DNA of 64,000 bases from assembly GCA_013265495.1 (NCBI GenBank), contig MU058540.1, forward strand, positions 643,696 through 707,695. The letters are read 5' to 3'. Source of the DNA: Vicugna vicugna. Lineage: Eukaryota. Position 1 is the first letter of the stretch, and every line of letters starts with the position of its first letter. The notes under the pieces were generated by a model. It saw only the letters and a list, made by a program, of their open reading frames with translations, was not told the origin of the DNA and ran no database searches. A program made the translations under genes and the position numbers. Positions 49,251 through 64,000 of the stretch are shown one piece after another.

Positions 49251-52200
49251 AGCACATGGCCGTCCCCTGTGAGTCAGAGGCTTCTGAATTTGCCTCTGGG
49301 GTCTAGTCCAACCTCCTTATTTGGGATGCAGGAATGGAGGCTGGAGAGGGGAAAGGGTCAGAGCTAAACTCCCAACCCAGGGCTCACCCCACCTAACCAT
49401 GTCGAAGCCCCAACTCCACACAGGGCTGCCTCACCAGCCTGGCATTGCTGCTTGGGATTCTGTTTTGCACATGCTGGTGTTTGCAATCAAGAAGTTCAGC
49501 GGCCCTTCCAGTGTGCTTAAATTAGTCCCCATGAAAACCAAATCATTTCATTTGCAGAGAAGGGCTTAATTGCAAGGGGAACGAGGCAAAGGGAATTCTG
49601 TCGCCTGTTTTCATTGAAGAAAATTACTGTACTTTCCCCTGTTTCCTTACTAAACAGAAGCAGCTTAGAAATTGGGCTGTAATCACTAGTGGTACCTCTC
49701 CTACCCCTTCTCCTCAGAGCCTGCTCAGCTCTTCCCTGTTTCCAAGACCCTGCTCTGGACTGTTCTTGCCCATCCACCTGGCCCAGACAGCCCCATCCTG
49801 GCCTTGTGCTGGGCAGCACTTTCTCAGTTTGCCTGGAGTCTCACCTCACCCCTGTGATGTTGAGGATAGTCTGTGACATCACAGGGGCCTCGGGCAGGGA
49901 CTGGCCCATACTCTTGGCAGAAACATCTCATCACCTTCTGTAGAAAACACGTGAAATTTGCTCCAAGCCCCCACTCACCAGGGCTGCAGAGAAGTCATAT
50001 TCTGGACAAAGGGCATCTCTGATTGGTGTCCTACACAAATCCTGGGGGGGCTTGTCTGCTTTGGTGCCTGGCAGAAGCGAGGGTGCCTGACCCCTGGACC
50101 ATCTTTATCAGGGTTCCTTCTGTCCTAGGATGCTGTGGGCTGGCAGGTCCTCAGGGCTCTGAGGAAATCAGAACACAGGAGGAAATCCAACAAACAGAAA
50201 CCCCTCCAGTCCAGGGAAGCTGGTTCCCTCTCTGCTTCTCTGCCTGAGAGCCCCACCCTGGCTCTGATAGTCCAGCATGAGTCCCTCTGTGGCCAGTGTT
50301 TCCCAGGGGAGGGGAGATGGACCCTTCAGGGAGCCAGGTAATAAACAGGCTGGTAACCTGAGGGTAGTAAGTAAAATATGTAGCGTGTCTGGTGTTAGGA
50401 GAGAAATAAAGGAGGGCTGGGCCCTAGAGGATGTGCAGGGTGGGGCTGCAGCTACAACTCCCTACAGGGCTGGCAGTCTGAAGGGGAGGAGGGAGTGAGC
50501 CACGTTGGGATGGGGGAGGGGAACAGCAAAGTGGGTGGAACAGCAAGTGCAGAGGCTTGAAGGCAGAAGGGTCCCAGTGGAGGCAAGAGCAGCAAGCTTG
50601 TGGCCTGGGTTGGGGGAGAGCAGTGGGGCAGGTCAGAGGAGCCTCCCAGAGCCTCTGTGAGGTCCAGGCTCTTCCTCTGGAACCAGGTGGTTTACTTGAT
50701 TCCGGCAAACCCCCAGCAGCACAACAAACCTGAGCGTGGCTTCCTCTTACTTTCCTTAAGAGAGCCGGGCTATCTGGGTTCAAACCCCCGCTCCATGGCT
50801 CTCCTGACCTTGCCAGCCGTTGGTTTCTCTCCTCTGTGACGGGGTAACAACGGAACCTGCTGAATGCGCTGATTGTGAGCATTTGGCGGGTCCTCACAAA
50901 ACTACCATGTGTTCACTAGTTTTATGATGTCTTTCTTAATAGCTTCCCCTGCTACAGGGATAAGCTGATTAGCCCAAGGTCCCTGCCAATCAAGGGCAGA
51001 GCTGATCCTGAGGATGCCGGGTCCCCCCTCCACCCTGCCCCTCGGGTGCAGCCTCACCTCCAGGAAACACGGTGCCCCCCACTCACCCCTCTGCCTCTCT
51101 TTTCCCTGGCACATCCTGGGACCCTCTGTCCAGATTCTCTTCTTCTCTCCAGAGCTTTCTCTGGAAATGGGGTTGCAGAAGCTGGCCTGGTTGCCCAAGG
51201 AGGGCTGTTTGGGAAGAACTGGGTTGATCTACTGGGTAACCGCTCCCCCGATCCTTCTCTTTGGAGGAGGCCGACAGGATAATGGATTCAAATCCACACA
51301 CCTGCCTCAACAAAAGGGTTTTTTTCTTGAGGCTCAAAGTCAACGGTGTATTAATTAAGGGGGAACAGCTGCTACTGCAGTTCTTATGATAAGTCAGTGA
51401 CAAATGGCCATGTTTACCTTTTTCCTGAGCAGGCTCTGGAAGGTGGCCTGGAGCTCCTGGGTGGACGTCCACGGCCAAGATTTGTGGGGTACACCTCTCC
51501 CTCCCTCAGCCCACCAAGCCCGAGAGGGCCGTTTGTCACTGAGGAAAGACAGGCTGTGGCCCCGGGAGCCGTGGAAGAGATTGGGCCAAGCAGCGGAAAC
51601 TTCTCAACACTGGCCCCCACCCAGAGAGGCCTTCAGCCCTCAGCCCTCCTCCTCCTCCTCGGGCAAATCCCACCGCCCTGTGCCGTTTCTTGTGAAATAA
51701 GAGGTGTTTTCAAGGGGGGGGGGAGTTGGCCCTTCAAAGCTGAGAAAGGCGTCAGACCTGGAGCTGAGATGCCTGCAGCACTGAGGATGGGGGCCTTTGT
51801 GCCGAGTGCTCCGGGTACCACAAAGAAAGGGGCGGGGCTGGCAGGAGCCTTTTGTTATTTCTCTTATTTTGATCTCACTCCTGCTCTCCAAACAGCTCCA
51901 CAGAAACAGTGCCCCGCTTTAGCTCCCTCTTAAGCTTAAGACCAAATAAGTCAGCAGGACAATCTTTTGCTGAAAACCAGACAAGGGAAAGATGGGCTCA
52001 TTTTTTCTGGGTTGTTTCTGGGTCCTTGACTACCAGTTTACCTACCGAATTTCCAGCTAATGGAGAAGAGCAGGATGGGGCTGACGGGCTACCACAGGAG
52101 CTGCCCCACAGCTGGGACCCGTGTGGACAGGGACAGCGGTAGGGTGTGTCTGTGTGTGTGTGGAGTGACCACAGCTCAGAGGCTGCCTTTATTCCAGGCT

Positions 52201-52879
52201 GAGAAATGAAGGCATCTCAAAGGATATAGTGCCAATCCCCCACACCTGCAGCTTGCCCTGGGGGTAGAGGCGGTGCTGGTGGGAAGCCGTAGGACACCCT
52301 AAGCATCCCCAGCAAACCCCTGTCTCCATTGCAGTTGGGGGACCCCCATGTGTCCCCCGGGCTACACTTCTGTTCTCCCCTGTGACGGGGCCCAGAGACA
52401 AGTCTGCTGCCAACTTCAACTTCCTGTCTCCTTAGGACACAGCATCACCTCTCGAGAAGCCCTGTCCAAACTCACCTGGCTCTTCCTTCCTCTTCATCCC
52501 AGGGTTGGCACAGAGCACATCCAGGGGCCTCCGGGGCCTGAAGGGGAGGCAGAAATGGGGCTGGAGGAAAGAGGGTCTATTGGCTCCCACCCCTTGCCAC
52601 CCACAGGGACCAAGCAGGCACCTTGTGAGTTCACCCTAAAGGGTAGGATGGTCACACTGTGTTATAAACATAGAAACTGAGGCTCTGAGTGTGTGGTTTG
52701 CCCTAGGACCCAGTCACAGAGCGGCTGAGGCCCAAAGCCCCCGCTTGGCTGCTCCTGCCTTCTCTCCCAGCTGACCTCTCCAGGGCCAGTGCTTAGTAAC
52801 TCCACACGTTGCCTTTCCTTACACATTGCTCTGGGGGAAAGGGAAAGAACCACGGATGAGAACCATCCATTTTTAATAG

Positions 52880-52885
52880 TTTATT
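52880..52885 (-). terminator. Candidate distal polyadenylation signal of LEMD2 (AATAAA, followed by ATTAAA at 52872-52877); proximal AATAAA at 53063-53068
   Basis: tttatt on the plus strand, about 1.4 kb and 1.2 kb downstream of the LEMD2 stop. Confidence 0.6.
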
Positions 52886-54292
52886 TATCCAACAGTTTCA
52901 ACCCTGATATTGAAGCCTGCTGCAGTTTCTTATTCTTCTGGCTGGAGCCTGATTAGAAGACTTCTGTTTTGCCACCGGGCCAGCACTCGGATTCCAGCCC
53001 CGCTGTTCACCCAGACATCAGAGGAAATGAGAGTGTATTGCTCAAATGAGGGAGACTGGAGCTTTATTAAGGAAACAAAAAATACCAATAATTCCAGAAA
53101 GGGGGGTTAATGCCTTTTGGAGGCAGCTGTTCCATCTCCTCTGCGGGCCCCCTTTCCCGCCTGCCGCGTCTGAGAACATATGAGGATGTAGTCTGCTGGA
53201 GAGGCTCCCCACACTTAACTAATAAGGCCACCCGCGGGGTGTTTCTGGAGCCTGCTCCCGCCTAGCGGCGGATGGGCTGCACAGGGGCCATGAGGAAGCT
53301 CGGCCGGTGGCCAGCAGGGGGCAGCGGTGGCTTCTGTGCCCAGGAACAGCACTAATGTGCACCACGCTGAAGTTCTCCTTAAACTGCCCCAGGATGGGAG
53401 GCCACGGTCACTGTCAACCAGATGATCTTCGCCCACAGGAAGCGCGAGGCTCCCCAGGTCCTAGAATCTCGATCGGGTGCAGTGTTGTGGCCGCACCGGT
53501 CTAGTGAAGAGGCCCACCAGGGAGGCTGCCTCCGTGGCACTGCCAGGTTGGTGACTGGCGGCAGCCTTGATCCTCCTCTCTGCTCTTGGCCCTGGGTCAA
53601 CTCGAGGTTCCTCCCAGGAGGCCACACCAGTTGCTCACTCCACCTGACCTGAGGCCCCCCACGCCAGAGCCAGCGTTTCTAGATAGTTGTCCTACAGTGC
53701 TTGCTCTAATTTCTAGCCCCTTTCCCCTCTTGGATAAGAGGCCCGATTCAGCTAGAGGGCTGGATTTCTCCCCTCATCCTTCAGCTCCCAAGTAACATCC
53801 CCCGAAGGCACATGACCAAGCTGCTTCCCAACCCCTGCTGCCCCAGCCCACCATCCCAACCCACCTCCCACAGGCATGGTGCCCATCTTGCTGCCGGGCG
53901 CTCACTCGCAGTGGACAAGCTGCTGTCCACCCAACCACACGCTTGCTCTGCAGGGTCTCACGGCCACTGTACTTTTACCTTTTCTTTTCATGGAAAACAA
54001 ACCCATCTCCCCTTTCTGCCAGCAAAATGGGGCAGAGAGGATCAGACCTGTGCAGAGGACAGCTGCCCACCTGACCTCTGGCCTCGCCCCTCTGCCCCTT
54101 AAGGAAGCCCATACTTTCATACTGAGCTCATCTCTGAAAAGTCAGACAGAGAGACCTTTGGAACCAGGGTCGAGAGGAGGGTGAAAGTCAAGGCAAGTGT
54201 GAATTCAGCACCGGCAGGATGGTAGCCTTCTCACGTCTCTGGAAGAGACTGGCCTGGGACAGGCTGACTGGGAACCGGCCCCTGCCCAGGGT

Positions 54293-54559
<267 letters not shown>

Positions 54560-56489
54560 CTAAGGTCCCACGCAGAATTTATCGGTGGGAGGAAAAGCGG
54601 TCAGGTACTAACAGGACTCCTGCAGAGGAGAGAAATTCCTTGGACCCCAGAGAAATGATTCCTCAACCTTCTCTGCTCCAAAAGCATTCAATTAAAGGGA
54701 GCCGAAGGGGCCAGAGCACCCCAGGTGTCCAAGTGGGGAGGGGCTGTGCTTTGCTGACTCTTGCTGGGACCTGTTACTGCAGCAGCCATGGCCAGGTAGC
54801 CCCACCATCAGTGCTGGCTGCATCTTAATGCCTCATGTGGGCTAATTAGAGAGTGGCCACTGGGCTGCTGAGTTCAGACTCCACAGCAATTCAAGGAATG
54901 GAGATGAACTAAACATCCAGCCAGGGAGGCCAAGATGCTGGAGTTGCTCTCGGAATCAGAGTCACCAGGCAGGGTTCCTTTGCCGTGGACAGAGTCCCAG
55001 CAGAGTCCTGAATCCCTTTGGATAGCCCCTTATTTCCTCTTCTCCCTACAGACTAGACAGGTACATTCTAGGGCAGTCAGGGAAGGCTGCCTTGATATCT
55101 CCGCTTTGGTGAGCCCCTGCCTCTCATCTGCACTGCAGACCACCGCCCCATGACCCCATATGCAGAGACTGCGTGCGTGCCTGTGGGAGCAGGAGATTCA
55201 CCCGGGGGAGCACAAAGGGAGGGATGCTCCTGAGGTGGCCAGTGAGTCAGGAGGCAGAGTGGGGGTCTCAGGGCTTTCTTCCTGGGGGGTCAGGTCGTGT
55301 CACCAACCAAACCCCACGGCTGTTTAGCAGTCCCCACTTGGGGACTGAGCCCCTCATACTGGGTCCCAGAGGGGTAGGCAGCCAGCAGTTTGTGGACTGG
55401 TTGCCTCACCCCCAGCCCCTCTTCCCAGGCTGCCCATTACCAGGTAATGAGCAAGCCTGCCCGAACCAGCTGCTCTCATCAGACCCCTGCCTGCCTCCCC
55501 GAGCAAGCTCTCCAGATCTCCCTCCATCTCCCACGACAAGCAGGCCCTCATCCACAGGGCAGAGTGTACCCACACAGGGCTGACAGGAGCTAATGTCTTT
55601 ACAAGTCAGGAGCTGGGCTGCACTGACCGGGTGGCTTGGGAGATGAATCAAGAGGCTGAAAGGTGACCAGGCAGGAGCCTCCCGGGGTTGACCAACAGGA
55701 ACCCAGACCCTGCGGGGCAGCTGCCTGCCTGCGGTCTCCACTGATGCACAGGAGCTGAGGCGTGTGGCTCAGGCCAGTGACAAGCTGCAACACCACTTCC
55801 TGCTCGAGTTTAAGTGCCTCTGTGTGTGGTCCTATGATGAGCGTTCAAGTGCGACGTGCTGACTCAGGGAGGGGCGAGGCAACCTCCTTTGACACCCTGC
55901 TCCCCTTTCCTTAGGACTTGCCACCATCTAATAGCACGCATTTTCTTTATGCATCTTGTCTTCTGTCTTCTTCCATAGAACCGGTGCTCCAGCAGGGCAG
56001 GGGTTTTTGCTTCTGCTTCTCCCTACCGTCTCCCCCATGACCCAGTGAAGTGTGGCATGCAGTAGGCGCTCAATAAACATTTGTTGAGAAAATGAATGAA
56101 TGAAAGCCTCTCTTCACCGCAGCCCTCTGCAAGGCAGTGGTATTATCTCTGCTTTACAGCTCAGACAGGTTGTGACCCATGGTCACGTGATGACGACTCT
56201 GGGCAGGGCCAGAAATGAGGCGGGAGTCTGAATCTACCACGTAGCCTCCCTGAGAGCTGGAGGGCTGTGTGCCCTTCTGGGTGCCACAGCTGGCACAAGC
56301 TCCACACCATGGTCAGTCTGCTCTAAGCTCCATGCCTGCCACTGTCTCAGAGGGTGGGTTAGACACAAAAGTTATTAAGCAACTTTACATTAAAAAGGGG
56401 CCCATAAATGCTCTACTCTTCCAGTTCCTCCTGGGTTGACAGAAAGGAGTGACTTTGACACAGAGCCTGGCACTGGGAACACAGTGGCA

Positions 56490-56660
56490 CCAGCTGTGGG
56501 TCTCTGAGCAAGTTTCTTAACTGCCCTGTGCCTCAGTTTCCTCATCTGTAAAATGGGGTAATCACTGTTCTGCTGCCCAGGGCCCTGCTGAGGTTGGAGG
56601 GAGTGAGCCTGCACCTGTGAAGGGCTCAGAGCGGTGCCCAGTCACAGTGAGCGTTCAGCA
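56490..56660 (+). mobile_element. MIR SINE
   Basis: ctgtgcctcagtttcctcatctgtaaaatgggg MIR core. Confidence 0.7.
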
Positions 56661-57595
56661 AGGAAGAGTACTTAGTGTCATTGGAGCAAAATATGGCATC
56701 TGGCTGGAGACCACAGCCAAGGCTGAGCCGACATTGTGGTAGGCTCTGCTGGCTGATCCCTGAGATCCTGCTCCCCAACTCTACCTGATCCTGGTTTTGT
56801 CAGGGACCCATCCAGCATCTGCAGCCCAAGTGGAAGGTGGTCCTGGAGTCGTGCATGACAACAGCCTCTCACAGGCCGTGCCCCTGGAAGCCAACCCTAT
56901 TCACTGCTGTGAAACCGTTTCCCACGACACATGTGTGCACTTGTGTGTGGGGACTGGACATTGTATCTCAGCTGAGTAAGATGTGTTTCTGACTATGGGT
57001 GTGGTTAAAGAATGATTGAAAAACAATCTCCTTCTCCTTGCCAGTGACTGATTCAAAAATAGATGAGTAACCAATTCTGGCCAGCAGAGCCTCAAAGAGT
57101 GTGTCACTGGTGGCTTCTGGGGATGTTTTCTCTCGCTTGTGAGAGAAAGGAAACCCGTCTCTCCCCTGCTAGCATGACAGGCAGCCAGCTGCTGGCCACC
57201 ATCTTGTGAGCACGAGGAACTCCAGCCAGCTGACAACACCCGCCGAGGGCAGGGCCGCGAGAGTCAGAGAGAAATGGAACCAGAGACCCAGCTGGCCCGC
57301 GCCTGGACTCCCACTCGTGCAGAGCCACTCAGGGAGGCAAGGGGTCTAGGACTTGCTGCCCAAAGCACCCCAATCAGTATCAACACTAACAGTCCACCAA
57401 CTCTACAGAGGAGTGGGACCATGCTTCTGTACCTCGGGCCTCTATGTTCTGCCATAGTGAGTTGATGGCTGAGGAGCAGCAGGAGGTGTGGATGGTGCCC
57501 TAACTCCTGTGATCTGGGGCTGAGCTGGACCCCTCCCCACAGGACTGACTCAAGGCTCCAGGCCTCCTCCCCAGCGGGGTCCGCCCCAGGACTCA

Positions 57596-57912
<317 letters not shown>

Positions 57913-58802
57913 TCACCTTCGCCGTTCAGGGGCTCACTGGCTGTCACAAGGGCAAGTTGCTGAGCTGGAGGCCGAGGGTGTCCTGGGTACCTACTGTGTG
58001 TCAGAACCAGGGCTAGCAAGCAGGAAACAAAGGATGTGGAAATGCAAAGGGAGGACAGCCTATTAAGTGATCATCCTTCTCCCGCCGGCTGTCACCACAG
58101 AGGCATCCCCAGCCACCGGATCTCAGCTCCTCCCAGCCTCATTCCGGGGCTTTCATCTCCTCCCTTGTGAACCAGAACCAGCGTTTCATACATATATACA
58201 TGCAGGCTCTTTGTATTCTGAGATGCAGCTGCCGATAATGATGTCTGTGCCGGCCGGGGTGGGTGAGGGAGCTGTGTGCACGCCTAGAAGGCCTGTGATT
58301 TGGAATCTGGCTCTCTCTGCAGAGCCTGCATTTTCTGTGACGTAGCCTTCTGCCTTCAGAGACACCCCGAGGTCTCCACTCAAAGGCAGCCCCTGAGGTC
58401 AGGAGACAAGACCTGCACTCTCCTTTGCAGCTCAGCACCCTGGGCCCTGCCTGCTTTCATCAGGCATCTGTAGCTCCTGAGGAGATGCTTATATTGTTCA
58501 GAGAGTAAAATTAGGCCAAGCTCCTGCTGTGTCTCCCCCTCGGAGCAGCCGGCACTCTGTGGTCCTGGAAAGGACAATGCCCACCTCCAGGCCAGGCCAG
58601 GCTCTCTCTTGGGGATGCTGATGGTCCCCTGCCCCAAATCAAGGACATTTTCTAGTTATCTTCACGCTCCAGGTACCCAATCTCCAAAGGTAAAGACAAC
58701 TCATGGCAGAGGCTGACTTGTTCATCTCCTATTTTATTAGGCAGACCTCAGGTGCACTAGACAGAAATGAACGCTCCTGGCCAGGGTTTCTATAACTCAT
58801 CA

Positions 58803-59174
<372 letters not shown>

Positions 59175-60654
59175 CTATCCTGGTTGCACTCTTTCCAGAA
59201 ATTTCCCACGTAGACTACTTAGAAAGAATAAAGCTTTAAAGACGGCAGCAGGCTTGAACCCCTACTGCTAAAGTGACGTCCCCCTCTGTTGGGTTTTTGA
59301 CAGACCCTCTCAGCGTGTGGAAGATTAAACTGTAAATTGGATCCTCACCTCCCAGGACAGAGAAATGGAAATGTTTACTGAATCGCTAGCTTTGCACGGC
59401 ATGGCGAGGACAGAAAGTCTGGGAGGGTGTGCTTTTCCTCCGTGACGAGGAGGCACATAAGCTGTTTAAGTGTAGAGACCATGGGGTGCCACAAGGCTCA
59501 GGAGAATGAAAACCGTCAGGCCCTTGGAGGCAGACCTCAGCCACAGCGCCTCTGCCCTGGCCCCAGCGGGGTGGCATCAGGACATGTGGGGACCCCAACA
59601 CCCGCATCTCCTTTGTGAGGTGACAAGCTCCTGCTCTGGACTGCCCCGATTTCTCACGACCCACTTTTAACACTGGTCATGGGAGCTGGGCTCAGCCCCC
59701 CGCCCCCAGGCTGCCCTCCCCAACGTGAAAAGGCAGTGTCATCATTCCTCTGTGTTAGCAGCTTCAGCGCTGCTGAGGATAAAATGTGTGTTCTCTGCCT
59801 TTTCTAACACATGGGAAAATCACTCAGCCACTCAGAGAAGCTTAATTTTTTTTTAAGCCAACGAATTTTAATCCTGCCATGCATCTAGTCATCAAGCTTT
59901 TGGCTGAGTTGCCTGGGGGGCTTCTGCTGGATGCAGTGCTGAGGAATTAGTAATTTGGGTGGATTAGAGAGGAAGAGAACAAAACCCTAGAGTGTGCTTT
60001 AATATCAGGAGCTGTAACCTGAACAGAGGCCCTAACAAACCCCGAGTGGGAGGGGGTGATGAGGCGAGTGTCTCTCCAGCAGGGGATTCTTGGTGTCTGC
60101 CTAGTGGCTGGTACCTCCCAAACCCCTGGGATCAGCAGCCAGATGGGGCCTTTCAGGAAGGTGAAGGGCTTACTATCTCAGTTAACGGGTACTCGCCAGA
60201 GATAGAAACAAGGCAGAACTGCCCAGTTGGAATAAAATCCAGTCTTTCTTTTTACAATTTCCATACTGAGTAAATCCAACATACAGAATCATTTCATCTA
60301 CAAATGAAAACTAGCACCAAGAGAAGAAAGTACAGAAAAATGCCTTCTCCAGCAAACTATGAGGGACCAGTGAGTTAAAGGGGCACAGACTGAGTTCCTT
60401 AAGACAGGTTTAGCTGGAACACGAGGTGAACATCCCAGTACCTGGGTTTTCGTGTCTCATCTTAGAACTGCTCCTTAGTCTGCATTCCTAATGCTTCTCC
60501 TTCTGCTGCCCAGCTTCATGCCAAGCTCACCAACAACCCCACTGGGAGACCTGCCCTCTAACTTCAGGCCTGAGACACCTCTGTTGGAGCGCAAGAGACA
60601 GCTGATGGGTGAGGATGTGGTCGCGGGCGCCTAAGGACACCCCACCTACACTCA

Positions 60655-60810
<156 letters not shown>

Positions 60811-61528
60811 TTAAGGGAGCCCTCTCTGTATCTTTCGCATGCCCCAAAGCCCTGCTCCACTAAATGCACAGCAAACTGGCAGGAAGGAAATCTGGGGCTG
60901 ATGAGAGCCAGCGAACAGGCTGTAACCAGAGGAGGTGATGCGGAAGCACACACAGGAAAACAATGCAGGTCTGAAACAGCTGAAAGAATACTGTAATTTT
61001 CTCAAGGACTGCGGCACTAAGTGAAATAGCCGGCAGCTGTTAAGACGGAAAAGTGCATGCGTTGGAGGGGGCCAAAGGCCAGTCCCAGCTGTGTGGCCTT
61101 GGGCAAATTCCTGCCCCTCTCTGGGCCTCAATTTCCTTATCTGTGAAATGAAAATTGGACTAGGTGGTCCCTACGGTTTCTGCTAGTTCCTAAGATCTAT
61201 AATTCTATCATCCTGTGGCCACACGGAGGATCAAAACGGACCTTGAGTGACCCAGAGGTCATCCTGAGGGGAGAGAATGGCAGGTTAAACGTCTTAAAGC
61301 TGCTGAGACTTGGGGGGAGGGGCAAAAGTGAGCTAAGGAGGAGCAAGTCACAGGGCCATTTAAGGAAAGGGCAGCAGCCACAGCCCAGGCCAGCTGGTCC
61401 AGGAGCAGCAGGTCAGGAGTGAGCAGCAGGTCAGGAGTGAGCTGCCCGGCAGGCCCGGCTCTGGCTCCCAGTCACCCCTACTTCGGCGCCTGCCTTCACT
61501 TAAAGTAGCCTAACACTCAACTGAGTTA

Positions 61529-61906
<378 letters not shown>

Positions 61907-63624
61907 TCACTCTGCAGTGAGATCAAAAGCCTCTTAGCTTGGATCGATTCCAGATCATTAAAACCTGACCTGCAAAGCGGTGCGGTGATTTGCATTAAAT
62001 GACTAAAAAGCGGCCCAATACCAAGGTCTGTTTGCAGTTGATCCCTAAAAGGATCAGACAGACAGCTTTGGAAGGTACTGGGGCGGCACTATAAATAAAC
62101 ACAGCCCAGGAAAAAGAAAGCAGAGAGACCACGGCATTGCAGGGACTCCGACTCACAACATGGGCTGGCAGGTGACCTGGAACACCAGGCCCATAGTTTT
62201 GCAGGGCCCTGGGGAGGATGTCCAAAATGCCCCCCGGAGGATGGGTCTCTGTGCTGGGCAGTGGGGCCCTGGCGTGGTGCTCCAAAGCTCCCTTCTGAGC
62301 GCCCTGGTCGTTGGCTCCCCGCTAGGTTGGAGCTGGGAGCCTCTCCCCGAGTACTGCCCAGGTCTCCAGGCCTGGCCCAAGGCCACTCCCTCTGAAAAGG
62401 CCCTAGCTGTGGTTTGGGATGGGACTTGAGATTCTGTATTTCCAACAGGCTTCCAGGTGACATGGATGCTGCTGGTCCTTGGACCACAATTGAATCACAA
62501 AGGTTTAGAACACCCCCTTAGGCCAGAATGTATATCCCAAGCACCTGAGCCATAAGAGAAATGCCCGCGATGACTGTGATGCTGTAAGCCCCAACTCCTA
62601 CATCTTTCAGATGCCTCCCTGACCACCTTCAGCCTCCCACCAGTCAGGAGGAAAGAGGAGGCAGAGCTGAGGCCCACAAGATTGGCCCTGAGAACTGAGG
62701 GTCCAGTCTAAGTCCACCCAACCTTGATTTGCCAGTGACAACCTTAGACAAGGTTTGGCCCTGCATGGGAGAGGCACCTCCTGAACATCCCACAGACCTA
62801 ACAGCTCCATCTGGTTCTTGTGCCAAATATATTTAACACGGGCACAAGTCCTGAGCACTCACCTATGTCATCAGTGATTTTGAGAGCCTCCTTGACACCA
62901 GGTGTCGGGGAGGACACAGTATAATTCAGGTGTCAACTCTGGCCTCAAGGAATGAGTTTACCAAATAAAACAGGGGGGAGGGAGCCTCCTGGATGGAGGA
63001 GTTTTCAGAGGGGGTTTCATGAGGGTGTTGGGAATGCTCTCCTCTAGAGAACAGCACTTGACTTTCATTTTGTCAAGAAAAGACAGACCCAAGATGACTC
63101 AGTCAAATGGAGAGACCAAGGCTCTAAGATATCAGAGATTTATCTGACATCCCACAGCCAGATGGAGACACCAGGACCCTGGCGGGCTGGACAGGCCTAA
63201 GTGTCCTCGGCCTACCCCTCAGAACGCCTGCCCCCTGCACAGGCCTCTCCACCTAGCCTGGCTGACCACTTGGTGTAGGGAGGCCCTCCAGGTTGGAGGA
63301 ACCAGATTGAGAAGACCTGGAGCCTGGCCCCTTCCAATGCAACATGGACCCCCAAAATATTAGCTGGGGGGCATCCCAGAGAAGGGAGAGCATCTGCTGA
63401 AAGGCCCATGCATGTGCCAGGACCTCTGGGACCCTCACAGAACCAAATGTGTTTTGCCCAGACACAAGACTTAAAAAGGATGTGTCTTGAGTGGGGAAGC
63501 GGGGAAGGTGAGACTTGGTTTCTGAGTGTGTCTTCTGGGAGACGACCACAGAGCGTCTCGGCTTCCCACTGCCAGCCTCGGCCCACAACCTGTGCACAAG
63601 GAATCCCAAGCCTCATGAGACCTA

Positions 63625-63768
<144 letters not shown>

Positions 63769-64000
63769 TTACCCCTTCACCATCCAGTATTAAGCAGCAA
63801 GTCATACCTCATACTTTAAGGAAAAAACACCAACAAATTCTGCCAAGTGGTGCTGGGCCCAGGGATGGGGTCGATAAATACCAGGGTAACTGACTGAAAG
63901 AACACCGTAAAAGTGAGGCAGACTGAAAGCAGTCTGTCCCCCTGGAGGCTCCCGGGCCTCTGCCCTGTGGTTCCCGCCAGAATAAAGGCCATTCACTGGG

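Overview
Mammalian genomic DNA, not prokaryotic. It carries three spliced minus-strand genes in the order UQCC2 - IP6K3 - LEMD2, which I recall as the conserved block on human 6p21.31. The window holds UQCC2 exon 1 with its CpG-island promoter, the complete coding region of IP6K3 (5 coding exons, 1188 nt, 395 aa, intact) and LEMD2 coding exons 3-9. I verified all exon boundaries by hand (GT-AG sites, phases, continuous frame). Five copies of a young tRNA-derived SINE resembling the camelid Vic-1 family suggest an alpaca, llama or camel genome. Ancient repeats (L2, MIR, MER5, MER45, MLT1, L1) fill the rest. I found no evidence for a new biological system. The observations most worth checking are: a minor-spliceosome (U12) intron in IP6K3; a premature stop that leaves the ancestral C-terminal codons fossilised in the IP6K3 3' UTR; a 14-aa uORF in the IP6K3 5' UTR; a tail-to-tail SINE pair sharing one target-site duplication; an unidentified polyadenylated retro-insertion at about 39.5 kb; and a 37-nt local duplication inside an LTR. 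Comparisons with human sequences are from memory and need confirming by alignment.
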